From Auanema rhodensis (taxonomy: Eukaryota; Animalia; Nematoda), in contig OZ059897.1 in the NCBI GenBank assembly GCA_964057225.1, positions 5,394,001-5,458,000 of the forward strand: a stretch of 64,000 nucleotides of DNA, read 5' to 3'. The notes under the pieces were generated by a model. That model made no database searches and had not been told where the DNA came from. It saw nothing but the letters and a program-made list of their open reading frames with translations. The position numbers and the translations under genes were made by a program. Shown piece by piece: positions 24,586-40,624 of the stretch. How positions within the stretch are numbered: the stretch's first letter is position 1; every line of letters starts with the position of its first letter.

Positions 24586-27500
24586 TTAATCTTTTTCTTT
24601 ACTCTTGAAAGAAGGAATTAATCTACTAATAAACGTCTTTTTCTTTTTACTTATAGAGCCTCCACCAGTGAGACTAGCTCCACTGTAACAAAAAAAAATT
24701 AATAGGACGATAAAATGGATACTTACTCATTGCTATCTTGACTGTCAACAGAATAGTTAGTAGAAGCTTTTCTATCAGCAAAAGATAACGCACTGAACGA
24801 TGTGGACGTTGGACTAGTTGTTTCAGTACTACTTCCACATTCCAAGCTTTTAAGTTTTGGTGTTATTACTCGTGGTTGTGATGTTGGGGATTGAAGAGAA
24901 TCCGATCCTACTAGCTTTCTATGTGTCGGAGCAAAGCGAGAAGCCTGAAGCAGAAAAACAAGATTTTCATATTCAATAAATATAATTTGCCTGTAACAAT
25001 GTACGTGTATTGCGAATGGGTGTATGGGACCCCTTGGAGGTAACCATTTGGAGATCTAATAATAAAGCTGACAACTCGAGATCCTCACTAAACTGATTTT
25101 TAAGAGGAACAGAACGAAAACCTAAGAAATTGAAGTAAGTAATAGTCTAAAAATATTAGAATACCACAACGTAAACAATCTACAGGAAACACTGCTTGGC
25201 CAATGAATGGGTCAGTTTTAGGACCAACAAAGTCGCCATCTTCCACATGAAAACGTAGAAGAGCAATTTCAGGACAATGAACATCAAAGGTAAACGTTTC
25301 ATTCCATACTGGATTTAAACCATTTGAAGCTACAATATCAAAATTAAGAACTACTTCTGTGATAACTAGCTTACCTATTGTTTTAGTTTTGAAGGATCTA
25401 TCGTCACAAGCAGCGCCCATTATTTCAACCTCTACAAAAGGAGAACAAATACCCTTATTTTTATCTTTTCGGGATAAATGTCGCCCCGCAACAATTTGTA
25501 AGGTAATTTTTATAGGCTCAGAGCTTGTTATCTTAAAGACATCTTTAAATTATTGAAAACAAGTAATCCTCACTTTCAAAGCTTGATTAGGATCGTAATT
25601 AGCTTGTAGCATATATTGTGGTTTTAAAATATATCCACATTGTCCATTGCCCATAAATTTACCTTGATTCAATTGCATAAATTTATCACCAGTTTGATAA
25701 TTCAAAGCTACCTGAAAAAAATAAATTACTATACCAATCTTTCTGAATACTCTACCATATGACATCCAGCATTCCACATTGGCATTGGATTATAGTTGGC
25801 GGACGTTATACGCGACCCATGAGGATACACTCTTGACAACTGTTTTGCGTTGAATTGTGCAATGCCCTTCAATAGTGAATCTTATAAACTAGACTTACTA
25901 AGCGGCGCTCTTACCATTTCCAGTAATTTATGAAGTTTGCTCTCTACAAAAGAGCACATTTCATAAAATGGATACGGTTCGAAATCTTCTCTGGCATGAG
26001 CGGGATCAAAAGGAACAGCTTGACAATACACCTGAAATTTAACACATAACGCGTATAATTAAAAGCATTTTTACCACAAGATTTGACAATTCAGCAGCAA
26101 TTCTAGCACTTTTCTCTTTCTTTTGTATTGCACTCAATTTGTGATTCACAGAACGTGTTAAATTGATCAAAGTTGAATACCATTCTTCTGCTTCATCAGT
26201 TGCTTAAAACAATCAAAATCTTAAAATGATGTTACATCTAGAATTTTACAATTAACTGCAATGTTCCATTGTTGACCACTCCATTGACCACTATTTGAGA
26301 TACGTATAACATTTGGTCGATCACCGTCCGAGATTTTCTCAATACTAGTACCAGCCAACTCGATAGTATAATAATTATTTTCTAGACCAAGAATATCGTT
26401 GAAAGTATTACACATAGAAAAAAAACCTCCTTGCGCTTGAGATTTCTCGGGCAGTATCTCTTGTACATACGACGGAGGAAACCATCCAGACGCAGAACCA
26501 TAGCGTCCTAAAATACTTACCAAACTGAGTGAATAACAATACCGTAATGTTACCTCGCCAATTCCCTTCTTCTTTACGTAGGACAGTTATGATAGCATTT
26601 GCAGGGAAAGAGAGATCAACTTCACTAACACCATGATAAGGCCGTAGAGCACGAGCTTGAATCTAAAAAAAAAAAGAAATCTGCTTATCTACTTTATAAG
26701 CAATTCTACCTCTTTGTTTAAATCACCAAGTTCCATGTAACAACCAGGGGTAGACTGGCCAACTGTTAAGGCAGAGTTAGGATCAATATTCTTCTCATTC
26801 ACCTTAATATGATAATCATTATAGAAACAAAAAAAATCTTACAGGAAATCGGAGGCAGATGCCACGAACAAACTCCTTATTCCGATAACAATTCACAATC
26901 TGATTCAAATTTTCAAAAAAAGTTTGGTTTACAACGAAGATTCGTCCTTCTCTTTTCAAGCGGTAATGCCAAAATTCTCCGTCTACTCTCAGAGATAACA
27001 CGAAAACAGATGGATCCGCGGTGCTCATTCGAATAAGGAAAGCACCATCTTCGTTCACTCTACTGAGCAATTCCTCAGCTTTATCTTTGTCAGCAGTAGC
27101 TGAGAACCATCTATATTAGGATTTTTGATTTGAAAAGTTAAAATACAACATACGGCTCAGTTAGATGAGGCTGGGGTTGTGGACAAGGAGTTGTTAAAGC
27201 TATAACAAAGTCGGTAGTAGTAAGATAGTGACGGGTATAATATGACACTAATTCATATAAAGTGTCACAAATTTTGTTATCCAAGAAATAGTATTTCTTC
27301 TCCCCTAAATACGATTTAAAAAAAACAAAATAGAAAAAAGCATACGATCAGTTATGGTTGTCTTAATACGAACATGATGAACCTTCCCTTCGTGTAAGAA
27401 CGATAAGGAGTAATCTCCGATGAACAAATTTGAATCGCGAATCATGTATAATCCATTTCCCTTATCTTTATGTTGTAGCAAACGCTCTGCTGCTTCCTGG

Positions 27501-29961
27501 ACATTCAATAAATATTGATTTTCGAAACAAAAAAAAACAAACATTTCTCTCACAGCGGCCATGAAACCATTCTTCAGATACATGCATCTCATCGGGTTTC
27601 AACTCGAAACCTGGCGTTTCTTCCTTGAATTTAAATTATATTCTAATCTTAATGAGCATTTTACCTGCTCTTCTTCACCTAGCTGGCTCAAAGAATCCTC
27701 ACAAAAATTTTCAGAACATGTTTCATGCAGATAGCACAGACGATCGTTAAACAACACAAATACGTGTGGCTTCCATTCCTGATAGTTGATCTAAGTAAAT
27801 ATAACTAAAACGATTAACATACATGACTCGTATTATCTTTTAAATACAATACGCCACGTTTTTCACAGTCTCTTGCTAATATATCGGTGTCTTCAACTAC
27901 AAAAATAAAAATTAAAAACTGGTTGAAAATTGAACTAATACATTCATCTGGCTGCACTACTGCTCTGTCTTCACTCTCAACTGGAAGTTTTTTGTGTTTT
28001 AAAATAATTTTCTTTTTCAGAGCGGCAGGAGAAGGTAGATGTTTTTCGTCTCGATTTACCTACAAAATTCTAATTATTCGTATTTTTTAAAACTATTGAT
28101 ACTGGAGCTGTAAGCAGATAGTCTCCTAATATTTCTTTAATTTCTTGAGCAAGAAGACGCTGTGCAGGCACAGAACAATTATCTTCAATAGAAAGAATAA
28201 CAGGATATCTGAAAAAAAAAGAAAATTAAACTAAAAGTTAGTAACTAAACATACTCGCTAGTTATGAATGCGTAATGCTTTATTGTATATAAAACATCCC
28301 GAAGTAACAATTTAGAAGTGATGGTATAACCATGATAGATGACAATGTCGATGAATTCGTTTGAATTTGGTTTCTTCTGCCCGTCCCAACAATCCACTGA
28401 AAAAATAAAGAAAACGTTTCGAGGAGAAAACGTGTTTACAAACATTCTATACAGCGACAACCCATCAATAGAGCTTGTGCGTAACAATCTAATGAAGATA
28501 TTGACCTTAGTTGATCTCCGGTTAAATATCTGTAATATTAAATTAAGATTTTTTAGAATATTCAAGTAGTCCTACGTATTATGGCTACTAGCAATCCAAT
28601 AATGGGAGAGCGGATGGGTCATATCTTGAACAACTTTCTCATTTAATGGATCCCAAACAGAATTTTCGCGAGAAAACAAGAAATCACAAAACTTAAATAA
28701 TATTAAAATAATTTGAAATAAAGAAAATATTACTTGATAAACTGTAAGATTTGGCTCATTTCTCTCAATAGTAAAATTATCAAGTTGGAGATACCTAAAC
28801 ATCTTAATTGAAATTACAACTGACAATTAGAAGGAAACCTCCGCAAAAAATCTGATACCCTGGTTCTATTTTGAGCCATATCGTCGCTCTGCTTATATTC
28901 TAAGAATCGTAAAAAGTTTGCGAAACTAACATTGATACCATCATCAGAAAAATCATTAAAACGGCAAGAAAATAACTAAAGGATGCAAAAAATATTACTG
29001 AAGACAGAAAAAATTGTACCTGGGGAATATGAATAAGACTTCGAGAAGCTTTGGAAAATTGTTGGAAATTCATGTTATCTTCGGTAACTTCTTGCAACTG
29101 TTTCGATTGTACTTTGAATTGCAGAGAAGTTTGCACAAAAGGTTTTATGTGTTTTCTAGCAACTCTGAAAATAGCAAGTTAGCTGGCAATAATGCAAAAT
29201 ACTAAATTTCTTTTCTAAGCTTGATTATAAAAAACTTACAAGTCTTGTCCAGGTGTGATAAGAGCATCAAAGTTTTTAAGTAAAAATCGTTCAATTCGAA
29301 CATAATGTGAAGAGGAGTCCCTGTCACGCGTATCGGTCATCAAGTTGTTCAACCCGTTGCTCCATAGACGACATGCTTCCAAATTTTCGACTAAAAATGA
29401 ATATTCTTTGAAATTTACGTTGAACGTACAGAGTAAAATCCAAGTGTTTAAAGTGAATTCAACTCCAAATGAAATCACAAGGATTTTGTTGGACTCAAAA
29501 TTCGAGATTTCTTTGTCCCTCTTCCACTTGTCCACAATTTTTATTGTATTCAATTTAAAATCTAAAGTCTGAACTTCTCGTATTTGACGAATATCAAGAA
29601 CAACAGGCTTTAACAGAAGATTCCTATAAAACAAAAATTAAACAAATAAATCAAACAGTAACCGTCTACTTCATTCCATTGGGATCAATTTTGTACATTT
29701 GCAATAAACGCATATCATGTCTGAGATGTAACATTTTGAACGCTGGATCCCATTTTTTGAGTAAATTCAAGCGACATACCTTACAAAAGACACAAACGTT
29801 AATAGATATAAAAATAGATATAGCTAACTGACCTTATGACCTTTTTCCATTGCTATATACATTTTATTGTAATCCATCTCATGCATTTTTGTATATGTTC
29901 GATTTCGACTTGAAGTCGATACATGAGATGATGGAACTACAGACTGCTTTCGTGAACTCAT
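24586..29961 (-). CDS. plc-3: Phospholipase C gamma (PH, EF, X, SH2-SH2-SH3, Y, C2)
   Basis: X box [17 protein letters not shown]|YLTGDQL..GCRCIEL|DCWDG..IYHGYT with both catalytic His; nSH2 [12 protein letters not shown]; cSH2 GAFLIRMS; regulatory Tyr PGCYMEL (cf. PLCG1 PGFYVE); SH3 [24 protein letters not shown]; Y box [25 protein letters not shown]; C2 [13 protein letters not shown]. Confidence 0.96.
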
Positions 29962-31076
29962 GTTTGACCACTGGTCAGATATCAAAAACGAAAACCATTA
30001 AAGGGGTAAAAACTCAAAGTTGAGTGATACCAAGCGTTGCCTAAAGCTATGAAACTAAGGGCATGTTATAGATCGATAACTGTAGAAGAAATGTTACACA
30101 TATCATCGTTCAACTCTGAGGAGGAAATATATGAAAACATACTAACTGTTTAAAATTATACACGTTTTGTTAGAATGAAAAGACATGCATACAAAAAAAC
30201 GTAAAAAAAAAGAAAGAAAGACCGATATGAAAACGGTACAAATGCAGTACATATCAGTGCGGCTTAAAAGATTAAACCAATTCGGTTTGAAAAGAAATCA
30301 ATAAGAATTGAGGTAGCTCTTTTAAGAGTGATTGAACTTCAAAAACGGTTTCAATCTAATTATATGGATTTAATAAAGAGGATTCGGCGAAAATCGCAGC
30401 ACTCCAGCATATTAACTTCAGGCTAGCTGTCGCAATACGTAACATACGGAAAACTAATAAAATGATAAAAAGAAACGATAAGAAATGCAAATATGGAATG
30501 AAAACTTAGTGGGGAAATCAAGGATATTCCAATGACAACTAATCATTCATCTTCTAAGTATAATTTCCATGCTGTTATGGCCATAAATGTAAATAAAACT
30601 TCAAAATGAACCAAAAGTAAACATAGTTGTCTTCAACATTTCAGATGCTACTATATTGAAACAAATTTAATAATATAATTCAAAATACAAAATTAGAAAG
30701 GCGGAAAGGTCAACAAATCACGACTACCTTCTATGAATTCGCAAAATCTAGCGCTGTTACCGATCGATAGACATCGATGAACCTGTTTATACCATTCCAC
30801 TACACCCGGCTTTTTGTGATGCTTTCTTTGCTTAAAAACTCAGCTATTATTCTGTACAAACTTCTTGCTTCTGACTCAAAAGCTAGTAGTAGCCTTCTAC
30901 TTGCTCTTTTTTCTTCTTATAATTAACGAAGATTCCGTTCGAGACGAATTATAGGCGCCGCGAAGGGGCGTGGCCATGATTGTGGAGGGAAGGAGAGGGC
31001 CAAGAGCAAGACGAAGACGGCTTATGCAAGTTCTAGCTAACGCCAGCTGTGCTGTCGATCGTTGTTGATTACAATC

Positions 31077-32534
31077 ATGAAGATCAACTGTCCAATTATG
31101 CTTATTCAAGGCTTGATTCTACTTTTGGTAGCTTTGGCTCCTGCTTCAGCTGCTCCATCTCATCGAAATCACACAGAAGTTCCTGAAGCTGCTCTACAGA
31201 ATGGAACTGTCTATACGATTAGCGCCTTTTCGCCCAAGATTTTCGTTCGAACAAACGAATTCGATATTAATTTTCATTCATGTGTTCAATTTAATTACAA
31301 TTTGAGCGAGACTCGTGTCAAGTGAGTTCCAGTTATTTTATTTTCCCACGCTAAATTTTTACAATTTTACTTAATGGGTGGTCATTGCATACGGTAATAG
31401 GGGATTTGTTGTATATTCTGATCATGGTGGTTAATTCCTTTGTAATTCGCGGATTTTTGATTGACTTTAATTTCTTTTCACGTCAATATTCAATTATTAT
31501 CTAATCTATGGTTGTAAAAGTATCCAAAAAAATGTCGTTTGTGACCTCTCTATTTCCAACTTTTTAATGAGCTTGATCCAGATTTCAATATTTTATTCCC
31601 TGACTGAACCAGCATGTTTCAAATACGTAATAGCTATATACGCTTCTTAGAAATGAAGGTCTTGGTGGCTGTATATTGGTGTTTACTTTATGTGAATCTC
31701 AGCTATTGTGATAAGGGGAGGGGGGGAAAGTTATGTGTGAAAAGCAAATTATGATTGAATCTCGAGAAGTAGTGTTTTTCTGTTCTGGTACAGGGGTATA
31801 CAGTTGAGCATGGCTGTGTCAGCGTTCTATCTTTTCCGGTCAAAATTAATCAATCTAATTTTTTATTTTTAACTATAACTGAATTTCGGAGACGATTTTT
31901 AAAAATTGAGATAGCAAATGAATAAAAATTTCAGCTATTATATTTTCACAAATCAGCAGTTTCTATGTACAGATCATATTTATAATTTACAGACTTCGTG
32001 CTTATACATGTCAATTATCAGAGGGAGGATATTGCGTTTTAGACAAATTTGTTTACCCCAAGCAAAAGCAAGGATGTTCCTATTTACGACCATGGACCCG
32101 ACAAGATGACAGGTAGGAAGCTTCTATTCATTTTATTTCTGGTGATTTCCTCATTCAATTGGACTTTTCGTCTTTCGTTATCGTTTTCATAATTTTTCGA
32201 TTGTGTGATAATCGCAAGCGGGAACGGTGCCTTAAGTGGGTGTTGAATAATTGAGTCATCTTTTTATATTTTTGGAATTATGATAAATGTCATGAGCAAT
32301 ATTATAATCATTAAAAAAAATGTTTTTATTTCATTCCGTATTTTCAGCTTCTCTTTCTATTTCGTTTTGGAACGCCGTGCTCGCAAATATCGTCCTGGAA
32401 AACGACGACGTCATATCACAAAGAGAACCATATCCAATAAGCCATTTGCTCAAGTTCAAATTGATGGAATTATGCCTTGTAACAAGGTTTGTGATGGCAT
32501 CTTGGACAAAAAAAGGAATTATATCCCCGAATGA
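31077..32534 (+). CDS. Secreted ~185-aa protein, probable divergent MAM domain (3 exons)
   Basis: Signal peptide MLIQGLILLLVALAPASA; exons join in phase 2 to give ..HSCVQFNYNLSETRVKLRAYTCQLSEGGYC..GCSYLRPWTRQDDSFSFYFVLERRARKYRPGKRRRHITKRTISNKPFAQVQIDGIMPCNKVC..PE*. CxxFxY..LR and FxFxFxxE..VxIDxI echo the MAM consensus. Confidence 0.6.
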
Positions 32535-33081
32535 TTTTTCTAAATCAGTTTCCAATTGTCTTATTAAGGTGCTCACATTTCTCCATAGGTATCGAACTTT
32601 AATTGTACACTTGCCAAACCAAATTAGTTTTTTTTCTCATTGAACCTTTAACTTTTTTTCTCTCCCCGTGTTTTTTGTTCTCTCTTTCTTTCTCATTTCT
32701 GTTTCCTCTGGGTTCATATTCTAGAATAGATTCTAGGCTTCATTTCAATGTTAGACATAATACTTAAGTCCGTAATTCTTTGTGGCCGGTTTTCTAGAAT
32801 CCTTTTCTTTGTTTTGCCAACATATTCAGAGTTTTATGATATTAATCCAAATTCTTTTTTTCTCCTTCTACATAGTTATAATTCGAAACAGATGCTTAAT
32901 CTTATCGCCGTTTTTTCTCAATCTTTGAGATGTTCAAATGTCATGACAGTTTTTTTTTCACTCTACGATAAGATATTATTAGCAATTACATGACAACTTC
33001 TTGTTTTTTTATGATCAGACGAAATCACAATTTACAGATGTTAATTTTTATAGTGTTAATCTGTATAGATGAGAACAAGTA

Positions 33082-33309
33082 TCATGTATGAACTTTTTTC
33101 TTTTTGAAAATAGTGTTGACAACGTCTGAGATGGTACTATTTGTAACTTTTCTATTTGCTCGTGGTTGCTTCTTCGCACCCCGTTCGTTCAGCATATATA
33201 ACTGATTAAACAAAGCGAATCTCGTAGGTGAAGTGACCCAAGCTTCATTGGCCAAGTTCATGCACGCATATTCAATGAGGAGGCTCAACAGCCTCTCGTT
33301 CTTTTGCAT
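33082..33309 (-). CDS. Candidate single-exon 75-aa basic protein
   Basis: ORF MQKNERLLSLLIEYACMNLANEAW..KKKKVHT is GC-richer than its flanks and has a TTCAG acceptor about 40 nt upstream; no family recognised. Confidence 0.35.
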   Translation of the reverse strand: MQKNERLLSLLIEYACMNLANEAWVTSPTRFALFNQLYMLNERGAKKQPRANRKVTNSTISDVVNTIFKKKKVHT

Positions 33310-34866
33310 TGTCTCGTATTACGAACGTGATAGCATTAAGAACAGTACCTGAATTATGTGAAAATGTATAAGTGGTTTGTGAGAAGATAGAGGTTTTCAT
33401 GCTATCAGTACACTTGTCATCAATTGAAATTCTAAACATGAGGGACGGCAGGTTTTAGTTAGGAAAAGAGAGCAAATGTCTGTCATCAAAAAGGGAATAT
33501 TTTTACTTCGATTCAGCATGCTTTGTTGTTTTATAATATCCTCGATGAAAGCCTCTTCAGCATGCTCTCGTCAGTCATGCCATGCCGAAGAGCTTTAATC
33601 TTATTGCAAACAACGCTTAATATGGACGTACTTCTCACTCTTCATAATTCTAGTCTACCTTTGATATAACGCTTCAATCTCTTGACAATCGGGTAAAATA
33701 TGATGATGATGATAGTGAGTTTCGCTTTTACATATATTGAATAAAGAAGGGGGTAAATTTATTGAATATTTTTTGTTTTCTAAAGAGAACGATTCAGACA
33801 TTTTGTTATATTCGTCATATCAGCGAAATTTCATCATGGAATGCCATTTGCAACATAAAATAATGGATCGTATTATGAATTTTTCTTAAACCTATGAAGC
33901 ATCACATCACTGTTTTTAGATAAAAGACAAATTATGAAATTAAAACTTCTGCCCAAATGAGACATTAGGGTATCAGCACCGCGAAAACCTGTTAATGCCT
34001 GTTGGATAGATAGTTCGCTGCTCTCATATCTCTCCTAGGAGTAGCAGAGAACGAGGGTCTTCTGTTCGCATGATAGCCGAAGGGTCCACGTACGATGCTT
34101 TAAGTATATAGAAGATGAAGATGAAAACACAAATAACCTCGTCCTACGCTAGGCAAGCTCTCGTGGCGAGTGAGTAGCATAAATTAGAAAAGACTACATT
34201 CCGCGCATGCCCCGCATGATTTCCCTTGAAATTCATGAGACCCATCGTGATCTTAGCCGCTGTCTTAAGAACTTTTACTGACAGACAATGGACCGAGTTT
34301 TCTAATCATCTCTATGGATTAATGAGTCTTAATCGCAGCAATGGTGAGTGTTGTTATCTGTTTATATTGGTGGTACCTCTATTTGCGTTACAATTTGTAT
34401 TTAATACGATAAACTACATTAGAAGTTGGATAGGCCAACTAGCTTCCAGCAAATATTTTTAAAACGAACATCTATATATTGTACATAATCTATAGAAAGG
34501 AAAGATAAAAAGCAGTCAAACAAATTTAGAAAGGTACACTCTGTTAGCAGGATACAATCCGATTATTACTATAATGTGCAGTTGAAGATGCTCGAATGAA
34601 TCATTTTGGTAACAACATAAAACCAAGCTATATAAATATATTTATTAATATTTACAAATATTATACATATAAGTTATTAAATAGGTAAGTTAAAATTATG
34701 AGACCGCCAAGATGATAAACTACGAAAAGACTAAAAATGAGCAAAAAGAATATCTACCCATCTTTCATACAGAGATCTCATGCTAATACGAAAAGGGAAG
34801 AGACTAAAACTTACCCATGTACTTATTATATGCCAAGAGATATAATGTTAGACAAAATAAAATAAA

Positions 34867-36514
34867 TTAATACTCACATCCATCTGGACAAGTCCAAAAA
34901 GACACTGAGCCTGATCCATCACCCATTACAAGATAGCCATTTAAATAATCAAATCTAACAAGCTCATTTTCAAAAGCACCTTCAATTACTCTAGGTTCCG
35001 CATTTATTCCTGGCTTGAAAACCTGGAAAAAACAATTATAAGATGAAATAAACAATGGCAACTGTTTTGAGAGGAATTGTAAAGCGTACCCTCATCTCAC
35101 GTCTCCGACTAATAGCAATAATAGAACCTCCAGTATGTTTTATTTGTCTAATAGAGTCCATTTCTGACTAAAAACTGAATATAAATAAAGGAATTCAAGA
35201 ACGACTCACATTAAAGCGACCAATTTTAGCTAATGTTTTAGGATCTAGTATAACTACTTCTCCTTTGGCAAGACCACATACAAGCTGACTCGGTCCAATA
35301 GATAACCACTGTGTACGTCCTTCTTGTAACTTCTTAAAAAAATATAAGTATAGTCATTGCTGAAGGGCAATTGTCATACCCTAGTGCTTAACGGTTTACT
35401 TGTTTGTCGACGATCAACCATAATGATCTTGTTATCTTCGCCAGCAGTATAAACATAATCACCCTTAAAAAACTAACAGTTCAAATTTTCATATTAAGCA
35501 TCATTACCCAAGCTTCCATTGCGAAAATAGGAGCTGTATGGAAGCAATATTCTTCAACCACTTTGAGATCATTACGAGCATCTAACACTATTGTCTCAAA
35601 ACAAAAATTAGAAAACTATTCAGTAATATCTTGTACTTTTCTATTGTAAGTTGAAGCAGCACAATGGGTTTCTCCAGTATAAGCAACACTAGTTACAGCT
35701 CCGTTTCCTCTTGCACATGCTAGTTCCTACAGTAATTTTTAGCTGCAAGAATTGAAAAAGGAAACTGTACCTCTATCTTAGTTTCTCCTATATTCCATAA
35801 TTTGATATAATCATCCCAGCTGCCTGTGAGAAACTGATTTGATCGTTTTTTAGTATCAATGCTCCAAATCCAACCCTACAAATTGAAAAGTACTAGTTAT
35901 TGAGAACAAACAAGAAAATACCGAATGTGCACCACGCAGATTAGCAGATGAGCAATTGCCAGGACTTTTATTTTCCTAAATACTTATATAATTATATTTA
36001 GTTATAATCAGCTATACCTTAACAAGTTCTAAATTCCACAGCCTGATAGAACCATCTCTACTACCAGAAAGACAGTAGGGTTTAGAGTCGTTGAGAAACA
36101 TTTTCACAGAATCTACTGTTCCCGGATGGCCTTGGATACGTATTCTATTTTTTTAAATATTTGTTCTCATATTGATTGGTGAAATTTACCTCTCTCTAAT
36201 ATCCCACTGTTTCCAACGTTTTTCTTCGGCTTTCAACTGAGCAAAAGTTCTTATAAAGGGAAACCCTGAAGTCGTAACAGACATAGGAAATAAATGCACT
36301 CCCGCTTCATACTGAAATGTTATCGTAGAAAAAAGACTGGTAAGTCAGAACGAACCTGTATCCGGGACTTCCACCACAACTCATTAGAAATAAAAGAATT
36401 GAAGTATTTACAAACTAATCTAACGGAACATACAAGATCACGAGGAGGTATAAATGAGAAGATTAATCTAATAATTTCAGGTGGTATTTCTAAAAATCCA
36501 CTATCATCAGCCAT
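34867..36514 (-). CDS. mec-15: F-box/WD40 protein, FBXW9/MEC-15-like
   Basis: F-box FLEIPPEIIRLIFSFIPPRDLVCSVRLVCKYF..WWKSRI; WD repeats GHPGTVDSV..LSGSRDGSIRLWNL, AHSGWIWSI..LTGSWDDYIKLWNI, FHTAPIFAM..YTAGEDNKIIMVDRR; C-terminal GDGSGSVSFW. The pattern fits FBXW9; orthology is inferred. Confidence 0.8.
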
Positions 36515-36759
36515 TTACCGTTTCCTGTAATTATAATTATCACATCAAAAATCAAAGTAATTCAATATGAGAAATATGAAAATTGTTTCAACAATTGTAA
36601 ACAAACAAACATATATATATATAAAGTATTTAAACTTATGAAAAGCATTGTTTCATAAAAATATAACTTGTTATGTACGTACAAAACCCGTGTTAACTAT
36701 ATACATTTATGTGTAAACATTCAAAAAATCAAACTCTTTTCTCTTTCTATTTCTATTTC

Positions 36760-39500
<2,741 letters not shown>

Positions 39501-39684
39501 TCTCTAAAAATCACATGATCTCATTGTTCTTTACAAGAATGTACAAAAAAACTAAAGGTATAAGTAACTTTATATTTTTAATAACTTTCGAAGCTTATTC
39601 ATAATGTTTATAAAAGAAATAATGTAATTAAATCTAAGGTTAGAACGAAAATCTTAAGCTAAGTTATACATTAGTATTCAAATT

Positions 39685-39865
39685 ACACGGCATCTGTGCC
39701 AACGCCGAGGCGCTGCGCTTTGTTAGTGTGATGCACGCTCTTCAAGCCCATGCTCTCTCAGTCTTTTCCTATTTCCCTCTCCGTCCCTCCTCTGCACGAC
39801 ATCTACGTAGTCGTCACCATCGCCGTTCACGGAGACGCCTCGGATCCTCCAATAGCGATAGCTAA
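39685..39865. promoter_or_regulatory. CpG-rich island between divergent MYST and TMEM53 genes (probable bidirectional promoter)
   Basis: Sharply GC-richer ~180 bp block with a pyrimidine tract and an 8-bp inverted repeat CCGAGGCG/CGCCTCGG, lying between head-to-head genes. Confidence 0.5.
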
Positions 39866-40624
39866 ACTGTTTTAGTTTTCTTTTATTCTTCTTCTAATTT
39901 CGTAATAGGACGATATATGTTCTTTAAATCGTGAAACTTTTAGCAGTATGTTAATAGTATTGTTATATCCACTTGTATTTTACTGATGTGTTTTTCGGAA
40001 TATTGAATTCACTTGTTTCGTAATGACACCTTCATTCTCTGCACGGTATAACCTTACACTTGTATTTTAAATTACTTGTTTATCACTTGTTATCATTTCC
40101 CGAGTACAACTTGAATTATGCTAAGTATAGTGACATTTCGTTCAATGTAGCTTGCTTTCTATAAAAGTGTGTCAACATCAGTTTCTTTACCAATCCTGAA
40201 ACTCTGTATCGCTACTCCACCTTTGTTGAACTTCTACTTTCTTATGTTTATTTCTCTTTCACGGTTTCATTTTGAATACAGAATGACTGTATTGAGTTCT
40301 GTGATATAATGTGCTTTGTTTCTACCCACATAGTATTGAATTTGTTAAGTGTCGCTGCTCAAACATAATCGATTTTTTGTAAATTTTGTATATTTTGTGT
40401 ATTAAATTGTTTATCTATATAGATAAAAGTATTTGTATAGAATTCCTTGTGAGAACCAACACTTTCTTTCTCACATTTGCTTTATACAACATTTTAATTG
40501 CCAGACCATTTGAAGTATCACCGAATTTCCGCTGACAATCCATCTGTTTCTACTATTTTAGTCGTTCATTTGTTGTTCTCACAGCTATTAAGTGACAAAT
40601 GAACTTATACGTTTCAGGGGAAGA

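Noticed and set aside
34013-34052. Hairpin as a pre-miRNA
   Set aside because: About 40 nt with mismatches; too short for a Dicer substrate.
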